DNA of 64,000 bases, taken from Gaiellaceae bacterium (GTDB lineage: Bacteria > Actinomycetota > Thermoleophilia > Gaiellales > Gaiellaceae). A program made the position numbers and the translations under genes. Below, piece by piece: positions 63,439 through 64,000 of the stretch. Every line of letters starts with the position of its first letter. Position 1 is the first letter of the stretch. Location of the stretch: contig DATFQN010000093.1 in the NCBI GenBank assembly GCA_035264165.1, positions 18,258-82,257 of the forward strand, written 5' to 3'. Below the pieces are notes generated by a model that was not told the origin of the DNA, did no database searches, and was given only the letters and a program-made list of their open reading frames with translations.

Positions 63439-64000
63439 GTCGGCACCTTTGTGCGCGTGACGCAGGCGCCCGCCGTGATCTCGTCGTCCCAGTCGAGGCT
63501 CAGCTCGCCGTCGGGCGCAAGGTGCATGAGCAGCGCCTGGACGTTGCGCGCGTAGAGCTGGCTCGCGTGCACGGGCACCGTGCTCGGCAGGTTCACGAGC
63601 CCGACGACCGTCACGCCGTCATGGTCGCCCACCTCGCCCGTCACCGTCGGCTCGGCGTTCCCGCCTGCTTCGGCCGCGAGGTCGACGATCACGGAGCCGT
63701 CGCGCATCGCCGAGACTGCCGAGGAGGGAATCAGCTTCGGCGCCGGCCGCCCGGGAACGAGCGCCGTCGTGATCACGACGTCGAAGTCCGGGATCCGGCG
63801 CTCCAGCTCCTCCTGCTGACGCTGCTGCTCCTCCTCGCTGAGCTCCCGCGCGTACCCGCCCGCGGTCTCCTCGCCCACGACGCCGAGATCGAGGAACGAG
63901 GCGCCGAGGCTCTCGACCTGCTCGCGCACCACCGGCCGGACGTCGAAGCCGGAGACGACCGCGCCGAGTCGGCGCGCGGTCGCGATCGCCTGCAACCCGG
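63435..64000 (-). CDS. pntAA: NAD(P) transhydrogenase subunit alpha part 1, C-terminal part (5' end outside window)
   Basis: The frame is open to the window edge. Has DVVITTALVPGRPAPKLI and VIVDLAAEAGGN, typical of the alanine-dehydrogenase-like dI domain. Confidence 0.88.
   Translation of the reverse strand, partial: GLQAIATARRLGAVVSGFDVRPVVREQVESLGASFLDLGVVGEETAGGYARELSEEEQQRQQEELERRIPDFDVVITTALVPGRPAPKLIPSSAVSAMRDGSVIVDLAAEAGGNAEPTVTGEVGDHDGVTVVGLVNLPSTVPVHASQLYARNVQALLMHLAPDGELSLDWDDEITAGACVTRTKVPT

Overview
Very GC-rich, densely coding window (74 CDS, 1 tRNA, 1 likely gene remnant by my reading), mostly on the plus strand. Content and order match an Actinomycetota-type core housekeeping region. 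Block 1: tatD-rsmA-ispE, tRNA-Gln, glmU-prs, rplY-pth-mfd, a PrsA-like PPIase, mazG-eno, pyk, ftsB-DUF501. Block 2: recG-rsmD-coaD, a SepIVA-like gene, yceD, rpmF-acpP-rnc-smc-ftsY, ffh-rpsP-KH-rimM-trmD, lepB x2, rplS-rnhB-yraN, comM-dprA. The right edge holds a minus-strand pntAA-pntAB-pntB-ocd operon. Accessory genes interrupt this backbone: a secreted protein plus a GT39-like membrane glycosyltransferase between prs and rplY; an ABC-F ATPase between yceD and rpmF; a cyclase-STAND-TPR / small protein / dodecin operon between ftsY and ffh; an orphan DNA methyltransferase between yraN and comM. Further accessory content includes signalling genes (HTH-REC regulator, multi-GAF PP2C phosphatase, NarL-type two-component pair), a TlpA-CcmH-CcdA cytochrome c maturation cluster and several redox enzymes. 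I found no rRNA, CRISPR array, transposase, integrase or phage genes, and no convincing new multigene defence or mobile system. The best-supported unusual signals are these. (1) Three conserved housekeeping genes (mazG, rnc, rimM) have catalytic or signature N-termini upstream of every in-frame ATG/GTG/TTG, each with an in-frame CTG at the expected start; two of these sit at stop/start junctions. (2) The SMC is only 829 aa, with roughly half-length coiled-coil arms. (3) There is a near-identical tandem duplication of signal peptidase I. (4) The orphan methyltransferase sits beside the YraN nuclease-fold protein. (5) The adenylate cyclase-STAND-TPR gene appears operonic with a dodecin. All family calls come from reading motifs in the supplied translations; no database search was possible.
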